From a virus, in IMG/VR virus record IMGVR_UViG_3300025809_002164, positions 32,001 to 96,000 of that record: a stretch of 64,000 nt of DNA. One strand, written 5' to 3'. Positions 1-8,547 of the stretch are shown here, in pieces; within the stretch, counting starts at the first letter, position 1; every line of letters begins with the position of its first letter. Under the pieces are notes generated by a model, which saw nothing but the letters and a program-made list of their open reading frames with translations, searched no databases and was not told where the DNA came from. The position numbers and the translations under genes were made by a program.

Positions 1-235
1 GTTTAGATATAGTTTCGTAAAGATTAGCCTCTCTTTCTTTTGAATTTAAGTTAGATGAGTTAAGCTGTTCTGATATATTCTTAAAGTTATGTTCTGATTG
101 GTTTATTTGAATTTTTAATCTCTCATTGCTTAGAGATAAAGATTCTGCGTTAATTTGTTTTTTTTTAAATAAATAAATAGCATAGATTAAGCATGCCGAA
201 CATATTAATAATAAAATTACTAATGCTTTTGTCAA
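1..235 (-). CDS. Partial membrane-anchored coiled-coil protein running off the left edge (not in ORF track)
   Basis: Manual translation from TTG at 235: MTKALVILLLICSACLIYAIYLFKKKQINAESLSLSNERLKIQ..., hydrophobic N-terminal helix, open to position 1. Confidence 0.6.
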   Translation of the reverse strand, partial: MTKALVILLLICSACLIYAIYLFKKKQINAESLSLSNERLKIQINQSEHNFKNISEQLNSSNLNSKEREANLYETISK

Positions 236-237
236 AA

Positions 238-471
238 TTATTTTTTAGTAATTGATATTATTCTATCGTGCCTAAAAGATCTAACTTCTTTGCGTCCAAA
301 ACAATAAGCTTTAAATCCTATGTTAGATCTACCATCTTTTTTGTTTCCAAAGGAATTAAATAAATCAATGCAACCTATTTGATAGGTTTTAATTTTTCCG
401 TTTAGGTTTTTATATACTAAATAGTACCTTCTATAGCAAGGGTTGAATTTTTGTAAGATGTAATTAATCAT
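238..471 (-). CDS. Stand-alone minimal WYL-like domain protein
   Basis: C-terminal FKAYCFGRKEVRSFRHDRI matches the WYL pattern AxC-x2-R-x3-R-x-FR-x-DRI. Confidence 0.65.
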   Translation of the reverse strand: MINYILQKFNPCYRRYYLVYKNLNGKIKTYQIGCIDLFNSFGNKKDGRSNIGFKAYCFGRKEVRSFRHDRIISITKK

Positions 472-673
472 CTAAATTGATTCCTTTTGATTCGCAATAC
501 CTAAGGCTATAACCTTCTTCTTGGTGAAACTTTTGAGAGAAAAGCATCATCAATAATATGACATAAGGCTCAAACGATTTAAAGTCTAATGCATTAAAGC
601 ATAATAATGCCACAACTATAATTGGGCAGAACTTATTTAAAATATAATTGATAAAATATGTTTCGAATTTCAT
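464..673 (-). CDS. Small membrane protein
   Basis: Hydrophobic segments; start moved to ATG 673 because a promoter occupies 685-713. Confidence 0.55.
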   Translation of the reverse strand: MKFETYFINYILNKFCPIIVVALLCFNALDFKSFEPYVILLMMLFSQKFHQEEGYSLRYCESKGINLDD

Positions 674-684
674 AATAAGAATAC

Positions 685-713
685 ATCTTATCATTGTACG
701 GCTAGAAAGTCAA
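685..713 (-). promoter_or_regulatory. Sigma70-type promoter
   Basis: TTGACT-17 nt-TAAGAT with extended -10 TG. Confidence 0.7.
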
Positions 714-729
714 GAACTATTTTAAGAAA

Positions 730-939
730 TTAAGTAATATTTTCTGGATGGGAGGTTTCAACAATGACAACTGAGTCCTTATTTCTGCCTCCGAAGGATT
801 TTAAGGACGAAACTAGCGAGTCTGCGTGCATTCTAGCTTCAGCAATAGTCCAATAGTCTTTAGGCCAAGCCCTTCTGCCGTTTCGAGTTACTACATAAAA
901 AATATCTTCCTTGCTTTTTCGTCCGTTTTGTTTAGTCAT
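730..939 (-). CDS. Hypothetical protein
   Basis: 69 aa ORF in the co-directional gene run. Confidence 0.6.
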   Translation of the reverse strand: MTKQNGRKSKEDIFYVVTRNGRRAWPKDYWTIAEARMHADSLVSSLKSFGGRNKDSVVIVETSHPENIT

Positions 940-968
940 GGTTTATTTTAATAATTATTAATTTAGGG

Positions 969-1127
969 TTACTGGTGAGTCCATGTAGATTTGTTTAATT
1001 TAATTTGTTTTAATTTATAATACCAATAAAAAGGTAATGCAGTGGCATAACCTAATGAATATATTATAACTAAAGTTCCTATAAAATTCCAAAAACTTTC
1101 AAAAATAATACTTAAAGATTCAGCCAT
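969..1127 (-). CDS. Small single-pass membrane protein, 52 aa (not in ORF track)
   Basis: Manual translation MAESLSIIFESFWNFIGTLVIIYSLGYATALPFYWYYKLKQIKLNKSTWTHQ fills the gap between neighbours. Confidence 0.65.
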   Translation of the reverse strand: MAESLSIIFESFWNFIGTLVIIYSLGYATALPFYWYYKLKQIKLNKSTWTHQ

Positions 1128-1591
1128 TCTTGTGATCCTTCGACATTAAGTAAGTCTTTAATTTGGATTTGAGTAATAGTTTCTACGGTTCCTGGCCTAC
1201 GAAATAATCTATATTTACAAAACCAAGGCTTGTCTACGTATGGTAGATCCCATCGGACGATCTGACTTGAGGAGAGATAGCTAACTAACTGTTTCCTTGG
1301 AACTAAGATAAACCCTTTAGCTGTTTCAAATGAAATAAATTGAGCTCCTTTATTCACCCAACCTTCCCCGCCTTTGCTATTTTTAAATTCTATATATACC
1401 CATTCTGAATTTTTTTTCCCATTTTTTTTCTTAATGTCAACAGAAATGACTGTAGGCTTTTGATTTATATGACCTTCAAGCTTTGTGTCTATGTTGTTTT
1501 TTCTTTCATTGAATGAAGGATTTAGGACTTTATAGCCTTTCGACTTTGCGATATCTGAAAATTTAGTTTTATATTGGTTAGTATTTTGCAT
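1112..1591 (-). CDS. Putative PD-(D/E)XK-fold nuclease
   Basis: NIDT...SVDIKKK...WVYIEFKN pattern. Confidence 0.5.
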   Translation of the reverse strand: MQNTNQYKTKFSDIAKSKGYKVLNPSFNERKNNIDTKLEGHINQKPTVISVDIKKKNGKKNSEWVYIEFKNSKGGEGWVNKGAQFISFETAKGFILVPRKQLVSYLSSSQIVRWDLPYVDKPWFCKYRLFRRPGTVETITQIQIKDLLNVEGSQEWLNL

Positions 1592-1599
1592 TAAAATTT

Positions 1600-2688
1600 T
1601 TATTGAGAGTCATAAAGAGCATTAAAAGCTCTAGACGCATCTTTTGATTTTTTATACTTATTTTTCGTAATAGCCATAATTACTTCTTCCGTGACCTTAT
1701 CTTCGTCTTCTGGCATTGTATATAGAGCAATCGCTTTATCTTTCTTTCTCACATCGCACTCCCATTTAATGTTATAATTAAAGTCAGGAATTGGCTTTGA
1801 TAGGTACTCTAGGGATATATTGGGGTTACTTTGATCTCTTTCGGTCCATAAGTAGACGGGAACTACCCCCATCCACGTTTCATGAAATGCCCCTATGTTT
1901 ACTTCAGCTTCTACTATTTCGCTGCCAGAAAATGAGCCTGGGTTAGCTGAGTCCGCATAATTATTATAACTCAGTATCATCCCGTCGTCAAACTTTTCAT
2001 TAAGATAAACGTGGAAGTATTTAAATAAATTTACACAGTCCCAGAAACCGTCAGTTTCGTTTTGTATAACTATTCTGTTTTGAGTCTCCTTATTAAGCTT
2101 TTTAAAGTTCTTATAAAATAATTTGACAGAATTGACAGCATTTTCGTGAGATCCAGATGTAGGTTCACCAAAAGGTTTAATTATTATAGGATTTGATGCA
2201 TTAGATGGGAATCCTGCAATCTCAAAGAACCAACTATGAAAATTTAACTCGTTAGTTGCTCTAGATAGTGATTTTTCATCTTCCGTAATTAAGCTATTTG
2301 TAGAATCTGGACAAATTGACAGAGTAACATTGTGCTGTCGAGCTAGAAAACCTATTTCTCTTACTTTTGACTCTATGGATTCTTTGTCAGGTAGGTCTGA
2401 GAGAGAAATTTGAAGATCATCACTAAAATCACACAACAAGCTAAATAAAGAACTACTTATCCTGTAGTGATTTATATTTACTTTTGGAATAAATTCAATT
2501 ATGTTCTCAGTTAAACTTAAATTGTGATGTATTCTACTTGCTAGTTCAGTGAGAGCACTTTCCTCTCCTGAGCTTTCCTTAATAGAGTTAAAGCTTTTTT
2601 GAGTTATTCCTGAAAATGTATAAGATCCGCTAGGGTCTTTTTCTTTTAAGAGTTCTGATGTAGTAATTAATCCATAGGAAGTGTTCAT
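1600..2688 (-). CDS. UvsE/UVDE-like TIM-barrel protein with degenerate active site
   Basis: YRISS, ELNFH, RIVIQNE and DVRKKDKA segments are colinear with UV damage endonuclease, but metal ligands are substituted. Confidence 0.7.
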   Translation of the reverse strand: MNTSYGLITTSELLKEKDPSGSYTFSGITQKSFNSIKESSGEESALTELASRIHHNLSLTENIIEFIPKVNINHYRISSSLFSLLCDFSDDLQISLSDLPDKESIESKVREIGFLARQHNVTLSICPDSTNSLITEDEKSLSRATNELNFHSWFFEIAGFPSNASNPIIIKPFGEPTSGSHENAVNSVKLFYKNFKKLNKETQNRIVIQNETDGFWDCVNLFKYFHVYLNEKFDDGMILSYNNYADSANPGSFSGSEIVEAEVNIGAFHETWMGVVPVYLWTERDQSNPNISLEYLSKPIPDFNYNIKWECDVRKKDKAIALYTMPEDEDKVTEEVIMAITKNKYKKSKDASRAFNALYDSQ

Positions 2689-2697
2689 GAATAGTTC

Positions 2698-2988
2698 TTA
2701 CACTAAAGTGTCGGGAATTTCTTTTTTTTCTTCAACTTCAGGTTTCACTTCAACCTTAGATTCTGACTGAGATTCTGAGTCTTGAGATATGTATAAAACG
2801 TAATCTGGCTTCTTATCGTTATCCTTGAATCTATTAGGAAACATGACAACCCTCATCTTCTTCTTAACTCCTAGCTCATCGACTTCGATGCTGCCCGAAA
2901 GATATTTACCTTTAGAGCTATCTTTCGTCCAGAAAGCTCCAATTTCGCGTTTTGACCAATCTGATTTATTGTTTTGTTCTTCTAACAT
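2698..2988 (-). CDS. DUF736-like phage protein with acidic tail
   Basis: IGAFW...KYLSG...KPDY pattern. Confidence 0.5.
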   Translation of the reverse strand: MLEEQNNKSDWSKREIGAFWTKDSSKGKYLSGSIEVDELGVKKKMRVVMFPNRFKDNDKKPDYVLYISQDSESQSESKVEVKPEVEEKKEIPDTLV

Positions 2989-3006
2989 AGTGTACGTATT
3001 GTTTGT

Positions 3007-3309
3007 ATGGTTATAATATATGATTCTGTATTAACTGAGCCTCCCAGTTCAATAAGTTGTTTTAGAGATGTAACTCTTTTCGCTAAGTCTTTCCTTAGTT
3101 TTGAGAATTTAATAAAATGTCCAGATGGAACTAGGTCTATTTACTGGAGTTGGGTTAAGAGCTATGGGGCTCATGATTTTATAGACGGATTAATTTTAGA
3201 TGGAGAAGATCAGAGTGGAGTTCATGTTGGTCCAAGTGGACAAATAAAGCTTAAATTATTAAATGAATTTAATTATATTGATTTAATTAATAAATTAAAA
3301 ACTATTTAA
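3007..3309 (+). CDS. Hypothetical protein
   Basis: Fills the gap between minus-strand genes; GTGTA motif at 2990-2994, 12 nt before ATG. Confidence 0.65.
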   Translation: MVIIYDSVLTEPPSSISCFRDVTLFAKSFLSFENLIKCPDGTRSIYWSWVKSYGAHDFIDGLILDGEDQSGVHVGPSGQIKLKLLNEFNYIDLINKLKTI

Positions 3310-3667
3310 ACTTAGACAACACACTTCCGTCTTTATATAAATCCGTAGGTTCCATGGCTGCAGGTTTAATATTCGGGCGATTTACGGTTGGCGGAGCTGA
3401 CTGTTCTACTTTGGGTTCTGCTTTAGGTTCTGCTTTAGGTTCTGCTTTAGTTTCTGAGTCTGCGCGAAGTTCGGGGAATAGTTTTACTAAAACTTCTATC
3501 TGTGAATCCAGGGAAGAGACTTTCTCTAAAATTGAAGCTAAAGATTTAGAGAAATCTAAAACTTCTCCTGATGGTTGAACTGAAAATAGCTTAATATCTG
3601 CTATTAGCATATTTCTTGAACCTATTAACTTGTAATATAAACCTTGTATGTGTGGTGATGTTTTCAT
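3302..3667 (-). CDS. Hypothetical protein with (AEPK)n low-complexity linker
   Basis: 121 aa ORF containing KAEPKAEPKAEPKVE. Confidence 0.65.
   Translation of the reverse strand: MKTSPHIQGLYYKLIGSRNMLIADIKLFSVQPSGEVLDFSKSLASILEKVSSLDSQIEVLVKLFPELRADSETKAEPKAEPKAEPKVEQSAPPTVNRPNIKPAAMEPTDLYKDGSVLSKFK
3414..3449. repeat. 12-bp coding tandem repeat GGTTCTGCTTTA x3
   Basis: Directly visible; encodes the KAEP repeats on the minus strand. Confidence 0.85.
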
Positions 3668-3681
3668 ATTTTTGTAAAATT

Positions 3682-4218
3682 TTATCTATACTGCTCTTGA
3701 AGGAGCCTCCACCTGTCTGAGTCTATAGGCTTAACTCCGCTATTTATAGCATAAATCATGTCTATAACTTCTTCTAAGCTGTTATAGATGTATTTATGTG
3801 GCAACATTCCGAGAAGCCATAAGGGAGTTTTAGATTTGCCTCCCTCCATACTGATAAAAATTGGCTTTTTCATTCTTATAGCGGTTACGATTTCTTCAGC
3901 ACTACCCCAGCTTGCGACTTCGGGGACTAAGTGTGCAACTATGAAGTCTGACCTGTCGACTAAATTGAGGTCGTATGACCTGACTGTTTTCATTCTTTCA
4001 GATACTCTGTCGTATTGCTTTGTCTTCATCCAAGTTTCCATTTCAATTCTGGAAGCTTCATCTTCTTCTACATCTTTAACAAATGGCTTTTTATAGGGAT
4101 CAAAGCAGGTTATTTTGATTTCAGAAAGCTTTTCAGTAACTTCTTCCCTCCAGTTTCTGCCACTTAAGTATTGCATGTGGCCTACTAGGTAGGTTTTTGT
4201 TTTTGATAGTAAGTTCAT
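3682..4218 (-). CDS. Nucleoside 2-deoxyribosyltransferase-like protein / nucleotide N-glycosidase
   Basis: TYLVGHM...NWR...DLNLVDRSD...SWGSAEEI...KKP matches the NDT/DNPH1 fold, including the catalytic Glu region. Confidence 0.7.
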   Translation of the reverse strand: MNLLSKTKTYLVGHMQYLSGRNWREEVTEKLSEIKITCFDPYKKPFVKDVEEDEASRIEMETWMKTKQYDRVSERMKTVRSYDLNLVDRSDFIVAHLVPEVASWGSAEEIVTAIRMKKPIFISMEGGKSKTPLWLLGMLPHKYIYNSLEEVIDMIYAINSGVKPIDSDRWRLLQEQYR

Positions 4219-4231
4219 TTAGATTGGGCTA

Positions 4232-4260
4232 ATTATACTATTTAAATAGTTGAAAGTCAA
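4232..4260 (-). promoter_or_regulatory. Sigma70-type promoter
   Basis: TTGACT-17 nt-TATAAT upstream of the NDT-like gene. Confidence 0.8.
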
Positions 4261-4360
4261 GGAAAAAATTAATTATTTAGATTGTTGAAGTTATCGTCCA
4301 CTTAGTTTTTATTTTTGTTCAGTAAATTTTTTTGAGTATATGCAGTTTATAAAAATTTTA

Positions 4361-4782
4361 TGGTGGAGGTGAGGGGAGTCGAACCCCTGTCCTGAGTGCT
4401 TTCATTAAGACACGTCTACAAGTTTATCTAATTTTTTTTATAGTTATGATATTAGAATCTAACTACCTGTTTCAATTATTTGCCCCCGAATAATCAGTGA
4501 ACTACAGTTTATTAACAAGTAAACCTTTTCTGCTTTTACAGATAGATTACCCCTTATTCTTAATATCTGTGTCAAAAGATAAGAGGTGACAGGTGTTTAT
4601 GCTGCCAGAGCAAGCCTTTGATTCTTGAAACCAAGTCGCTTTGCAGCGAATCGATTTTTAAAACCAAAAGCTTTAACACGGTTTTGAGCGCCATGTGAAG
4701 CTTTGCACTTTTGTATCGAAGCCCAGTGCGTCTCCGACTTGCGGTGAAAAAAATTGACATCAGTCGAATCCAGTACACCCCC
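4361..4782 (-). ncRNA. ssrA: tmRNA, 422 nt; predicted tag (A)GAQNRVKAFGFKNRFAAKRLGFKNQRLALAA
   Basis: 5' GGGGGTGTACTGGATTCGAC and 3' GGGGTTCGACTCCCCTCACCTCCACCA; 7-bp acceptor stem with G3:U70, discriminator A and encoded CCA; PK1 (GTCGGAG/CTTCGAT, GCACT/AGTGC), PK2 and PK4 pairings visible; tag frame 4692-4597 ends LALAA-stop. Confidence 0.95.
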
Positions 4783-4791
4783 AACATAAAA

Positions 4792-4802
4792 TTTCAAAGA
4801 AC
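4792..4802 (-). promoter_or_regulatory. boxA-like antitermination element GTTCTTTGAAA
   Basis: Lies between the promoter and the tmRNA 5' end; resembles rRNA-leader boxA. Confidence 0.6.
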
Positions 4803-4809
4803 TTTAAAT

Positions 4810-4838
4810 ATAATACTTCAAGTTAACAATAAAGTCAA
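4810..4838 (-). promoter_or_regulatory. Sigma70-type promoter of tmRNA
   Basis: TTGACT-17 nt-TATTAT. Confidence 0.8.
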
Positions 4839-4844
4839 GCAAAT

Positions 4845-6134
4845 TTAAACAGGGTTGCCCCAGACTAATAATTTAGGCCTTTCAGGGAAGAAACTTTTGC
4901 CAAAAATAAATAAACCATCGTCTTTGTCGTCAGCTCCTCCAACTGGAACTGTAAAAGTTAAGTTTACGATTTTGTTATCAGATATAGAAGAAGAGAAGCC
5001 TTCGGATGTTAATATAGCTCCCTTTAAGTAGTAAGCCATATTTGTGGCATCTGGAATTAGTGTTCCTTCGCATTCAGAAATAGACCTACAGTCTTCGAGG
5101 CTTAATATTAAATTATGTTTCTTGCTTGAGCATAGTTGAGCAAACAAATTCTCTTCTTTTAAGTAAGATACTAAAGCTTGAACCTGAACCTCAATTGTTG
5201 CTGGAAAGTTTGGAACTCTTGCGAATTCATATTTTCCTCCTAGCCTCCTAATTTTCGTGTTACCTATTGGCATGTTGATAGTAAAGCCTTGTATATGTGC
5301 TCCCCCATTGGAGTACTCATTTAGGCCGCTCAGCTGCCTACTAAAGAAGCCTCCATCATCTAGGTCTATCTTTATGTCGCCAGGCCTTAGGCCTCCCACT
5401 CCGTCCTGTAGGACTATGTCCTCTAAACCGCTTAGAGTCTCATAAACAAAACTTTCATATGTGTCAGGTAAACTAAAGTTTACATTTGGGGTTCCGCAAT
5501 CTTCTACGGGGTTAATTGCTGGAATAGGAAGGTTGCAGGCTCCATAATATGACCTCATGTTAAAAGCTTCAAAGCTTATTCTGGCCTTAGGTATGGAACC
5601 CAACTCAGCAGTTACTGCGTATTGGCTAAGGAATGCATTACCTATACCTATAGTCCTACGTTTCTCTTCCTCGTAGGATAAGTTTGCATTAATTACATCT
5701 CTGCCTTCTGGGGCAACCCCTATGAAAAAGTTCTGACCCATTCTACCCTTCATTGTTAAATGGTGATACAAGGCTTGAGTTTCGCCATCAGTAATAAAGC
5801 CCATTACTTGCTCGTTATATCCATCAGCTAAAAAATACTCGAAATCTATAGTTACATCTGGAGAATCTACGGCAACCTTGGTTGTCCTTGCTATTCTACC
5901 AAATTCATTCGCGTCTTTAAATTGAAGGTTAAATCCGTAATTAATTGCTTGTACTCTATGTAACTGTCTCACTAGATTGCCCGAACAGTCTGTCCATCTT
6001 ATATTTCTTAAGTCACAGCTCGGGTCGTCGGCAGTATTGTCATTAAAATGATAGCCTGTTGCATTAAAACTAGTATATAGAAACTCGTTTCCGTAATTAA
6101 CTCTATTTCTTTTTTCGTACAGTGGGCTTATCAT
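4845..6134 (-). CDS. Putative virion structural protein (possibly tail-tube-like)
   Basis: 429 aa, acidic, beta-strand-rich with two similar halves; function is inference only. Confidence 0.4.
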   Translation of the reverse strand: MISPLYEKRNRVNYGNEFLYTSFNATGYHFNDNTADDPSCDLRNIRWTDCSGNLVRQLHRVQAINYGFNLQFKDANEFGRIARTTKVAVDSPDVTIDFEYFLADGYNEQVMGFITDGETQALYHHLTMKGRMGQNFFIGVAPEGRDVINANLSYEEEKRRTIGIGNAFLSQYAVTAELGSIPKARISFEAFNMRSYYGACNLPIPAINPVEDCGTPNVNFSLPDTYESFVYETLSGLEDIVLQDGVGGLRPGDIKIDLDDGGFFSRQLSGLNEYSNGGAHIQGFTINMPIGNTKIRRLGGKYEFARVPNFPATIEVQVQALVSYLKEENLFAQLCSSKKHNLILSLEDCRSISECEGTLIPDATNMAYYLKGAILTSEGFSSSISDNKIVNLTFTVPVGGADDKDDGLFIFGKSFFPERPKLLVWGNPV

Positions 6135-8520
6135 AACAAATAAAATCTTGATCTAGGTAATCTATGTTTACACTAGAGCTTTCATTATTGATAATAAATT
6201 TAGCTATAGCCACTTCCACTTCATTTTGCATAATTCGCCTAATAGGTCTGCCACCTAAGTCATAACGTATTGTCTCTTTAAGGATATGTTTTCTAGCTTT
6301 TGAGGTCATGTAACATTTGATTCCTTTTTTTGATAATTTGTTTTTAACTTGAGCTAATTCAATATTAATTATTTTAGTTAAATCTTTTTCGGAAAAGTTA
6401 TTAAATAATACTATGCCATCAAACCTATTAACTAATTCCGGACTTAATTTCCTTTTGGCTTCGTTGAATATGCGGTCTTGATTGGAATCTTTGCTATGTA
6501 GAAAACCAACAGAGCCTTTTTTATCAATTAGATCCGCGCCTAAGTTGCTAGTCAAAATAATAATAGTGTTCTTGAAAGACACCTCGTCTCCAGCATTGTC
6601 TGTAAGTCTACCTTCCTCTAAGATTTGAAGTAGAGATTGGAGTACTACTGGGTGGGCTTTTTCAACCTCATCAAAAAGTAATACTGAATGTGGATTCCTT
6701 TTAACTTTCTCAGTCAGAATGCCACCCTTCTCGTACCCTATGTATCCTGGCGACGAGCCAGACATTTTACTCACCGCAGTTGACTCGCTGAATTCACTCA
6801 TGTCAAAGTAGATTAATTTTGAGTCTGAGCCGAAATAATGTTTAGCTAAAGCTTTAGAGGTTAAGGTCTTCCCTACTCCTGTTTTCCCTAGAAATAGAAA
6901 ACTACCTATTGGTCTATGTGGATCTTTCAATCCGCACTGAGATTTGAACAATGAATTTGAGATTTTTGAAATAGCTTCGCTTTGACCTATGACAGATTTA
7001 TTCATTTTACTTTCCAAGCAGAGAAGTTTTTTAGAAGTAGTTTCATTTAAGGATTCTATTGGTATGTCTAGATTTTTAGAAATAATTTCTCTAATATCTT
7101 TTGAGCTTACAGTAGGTATGGCTCTATCTTCTGCCCATTTCTCCATAAGTTTTTTGTATGAATCAAATACTGAAGATTTAATTGAGTTGCTTATCTCATC
7201 ATTAGTTAAAACTTTTTCCATTTTTTTTGCCATGCTAGGCTTCTTGAACGATCTAATTTTAACTGCGGCTCCTGCCTGATCTATTAAATCTATAGCTTTG
7301 TCTGGAAGCTTTCTGTCATTTATGTACTTAACGGATAAGGCAATAGCCTCATTGATCGCAGAGTCTTCATATATGACAGAGTGGAACAGAGAGTAATCTT
7401 CTTTTAGGTTATCTAATATTTTTTTGCAAGTTTTTTCATCTGGCTCATCAAGTTTGATCATTTTGAACCTTCTTTTTAATGCTGAATCTTTCTCGAACGA
7501 TTTTTTATATTCTTCAAATGTGGTAGCCCCAATACAAGTGACTTGACCTTTAGATATATAAGGTTTGAGTATGTTCGCCGCATCCAAGGAACCTTCTGAG
7601 TTTCCAGCTCCAATTAGAGTGTGAATTTCATCAATAAATAAAATAATATTCTTATCTAGAATGACTGCATCTATGAAAGATTTTAATCTTTCTTCAAATT
7701 GCCCTCTATATTTAGTGCCAGCAATCATTGATGATAAATCAAGGGATATTATTTTTTTATTTAATAAATAATCATTGCACTTAAGGGAGACTATTTTGTT
7801 GGCTAAATTTTCAACCAAAGCTGTTTTACCTACTCCTGCATCGCCCACAATTAAAGCGCAAGATTTAATTTTTCTACACAGAGTTTCCTCTAGTTGAGAT
7901 ATATATTTATCTCCTCCAGATATGAAATCAAAATCTCCAGACCTAGCTTGATAGTTTAAATTTGAACTATAACTCTCTATGGCGTCTTTATCAGCTTCAT
8001 TATAGCTGGGTTGATGGGGAGAGTTGGAGCTAGAGAAGTTCATTCCAGGCATATTAATTTCTGGATTATATATAACATCATAAGTTAAAATCTCTTCCAG
8101 TAGAGCTAGAACTCCGTCTACGTTAATATCGCAAGCTAAGAAATAATCGATAATTGGAGATGTTATGTCTGAAAGCATTGCATACAAGATGTGCTCAACA
8201 CTTACATATGAATGATCTTTTTCTGCCGATAGTTGAGATGCGAACTCAAGACAAAATTGAGTATCTCTCCCTAAGGGTATACTTCCTTTAGACTTCTCGT
8301 TCTCTTGGGAGTTATAGTCTAAAGTTTTTACTACTAGGTCTGTAATTTTACTAAAATCCAACTCAAGCTTTTCCGCGAGAAAGGGTAGTAGAAATGTATC
8401 AACTTTTAGAAAAGATAGTAATATATGGTCTAGAGATACCTCGGTGTTCCCAAATTTTTGAGCAAGCGTTTTGGATAGTTGAAGTATTTCTTGGCACCTA
8501 GGAGTGTAGTTTGATGGCAT
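6103..8520 (-). CDS. clpC: ClpC/ClpA-type Hsp100 AAA+ unfoldase
   Basis: Clp_N repeats, Walker A GDAGVGKT and GKTGVGKT, Walker B FIDEIH and LFDEVEKAH, pore loops KYRG and GYIG, VGF ClpP-docking loop. Confidence 0.9.
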   Translation of the reverse strand: MPSNYTPRCQEILQLSKTLAQKFGNTEVSLDHILLSFLKVDTFLLPFLAEKLELDFSKITDLVVKTLDYNSQENEKSKGSIPLGRDTQFCLEFASQLSAEKDHSYVSVEHILYAMLSDITSPIIDYFLACDINVDGVLALLEEILTYDVIYNPEINMPGMNFSSSNSPHQPSYNEADKDAIESYSSNLNYQARSGDFDFISGGDKYISQLEETLCRKIKSCALIVGDAGVGKTALVENLANKIVSLKCNDYLLNKKIISLDLSSMIAGTKYRGQFEERLKSFIDAVILDKNIILFIDEIHTLIGAGNSEGSLDAANILKPYISKGQVTCIGATTFEEYKKSFEKDSALKRRFKMIKLDEPDEKTCKKILDNLKEDYSLFHSVIYEDSAINEAIALSVKYINDRKLPDKAIDLIDQAGAAVKIRSFKKPSMAKKMEKVLTNDEISNSIKSSVFDSYKKLMEKWAEDRAIPTVSSKDIREIISKNLDIPIESLNETTSKKLLCLESKMNKSVIGQSEAISKISNSLFKSQCGLKDPHRPIGSFLFLGKTGVGKTLTSKALAKHYFGSDSKLIYFDMSEFSESTAVSKMSGSSPGYIGYEKGGILTEKVKRNPHSVLLFDEVEKAHPVVLQSLLQILEEGRLTDNAGDEVSFKNTIIILTSNLGADLIDKKGSVGFLHSKDSNQDRIFNEAKRKLSPELVNRFDGIVLFNNFSEKDLTKIINIELAQVKNKLSKKGIKCYMTSKARKHILKETIRYDLGGRPIRRIMQNEVEVAIAKFIINNESSSVNIDYLDQDFICYDKPTVRKKK

Positions 8521-8542
8521 ATTTTGTATGTCTTATATATAA

Positions 8543-8547
8543 TACAC
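8543..8547 (-). promoter_or_regulatory. GTGTA motif upstream of clpC
   Basis: GTGTA plus AT tract, 22 nt before ATG (longer spacing than other copies); overlaps the dnaE TAG stop. Confidence 0.4.

Noticed and set aside
207-235. TTGACA promoter at the left edge
   Set aside because: The TTG is better explained as the start codon of the membrane-anchored ORF; the nearest downstream ATG frame closes after a few codons.
3414-3449. AEPKAE similarity to chlamydial ssrA tags
   Set aside because: Internal low-complexity linker with no C-terminal AA degron; coincidence.
4361-4395. Stand-alone tRNA or attachment-site remnant
   Set aside because: The T-arm and CCA end pair with a 5' half about 400 nt away, which is tmRNA architecture.
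4572-4797. ORFs 4572-4787 and 4597-4797 as protein genes
   Set aside because: Both lie inside the tmRNA; only the 3' part of the second is meaningful, as the tag frame.
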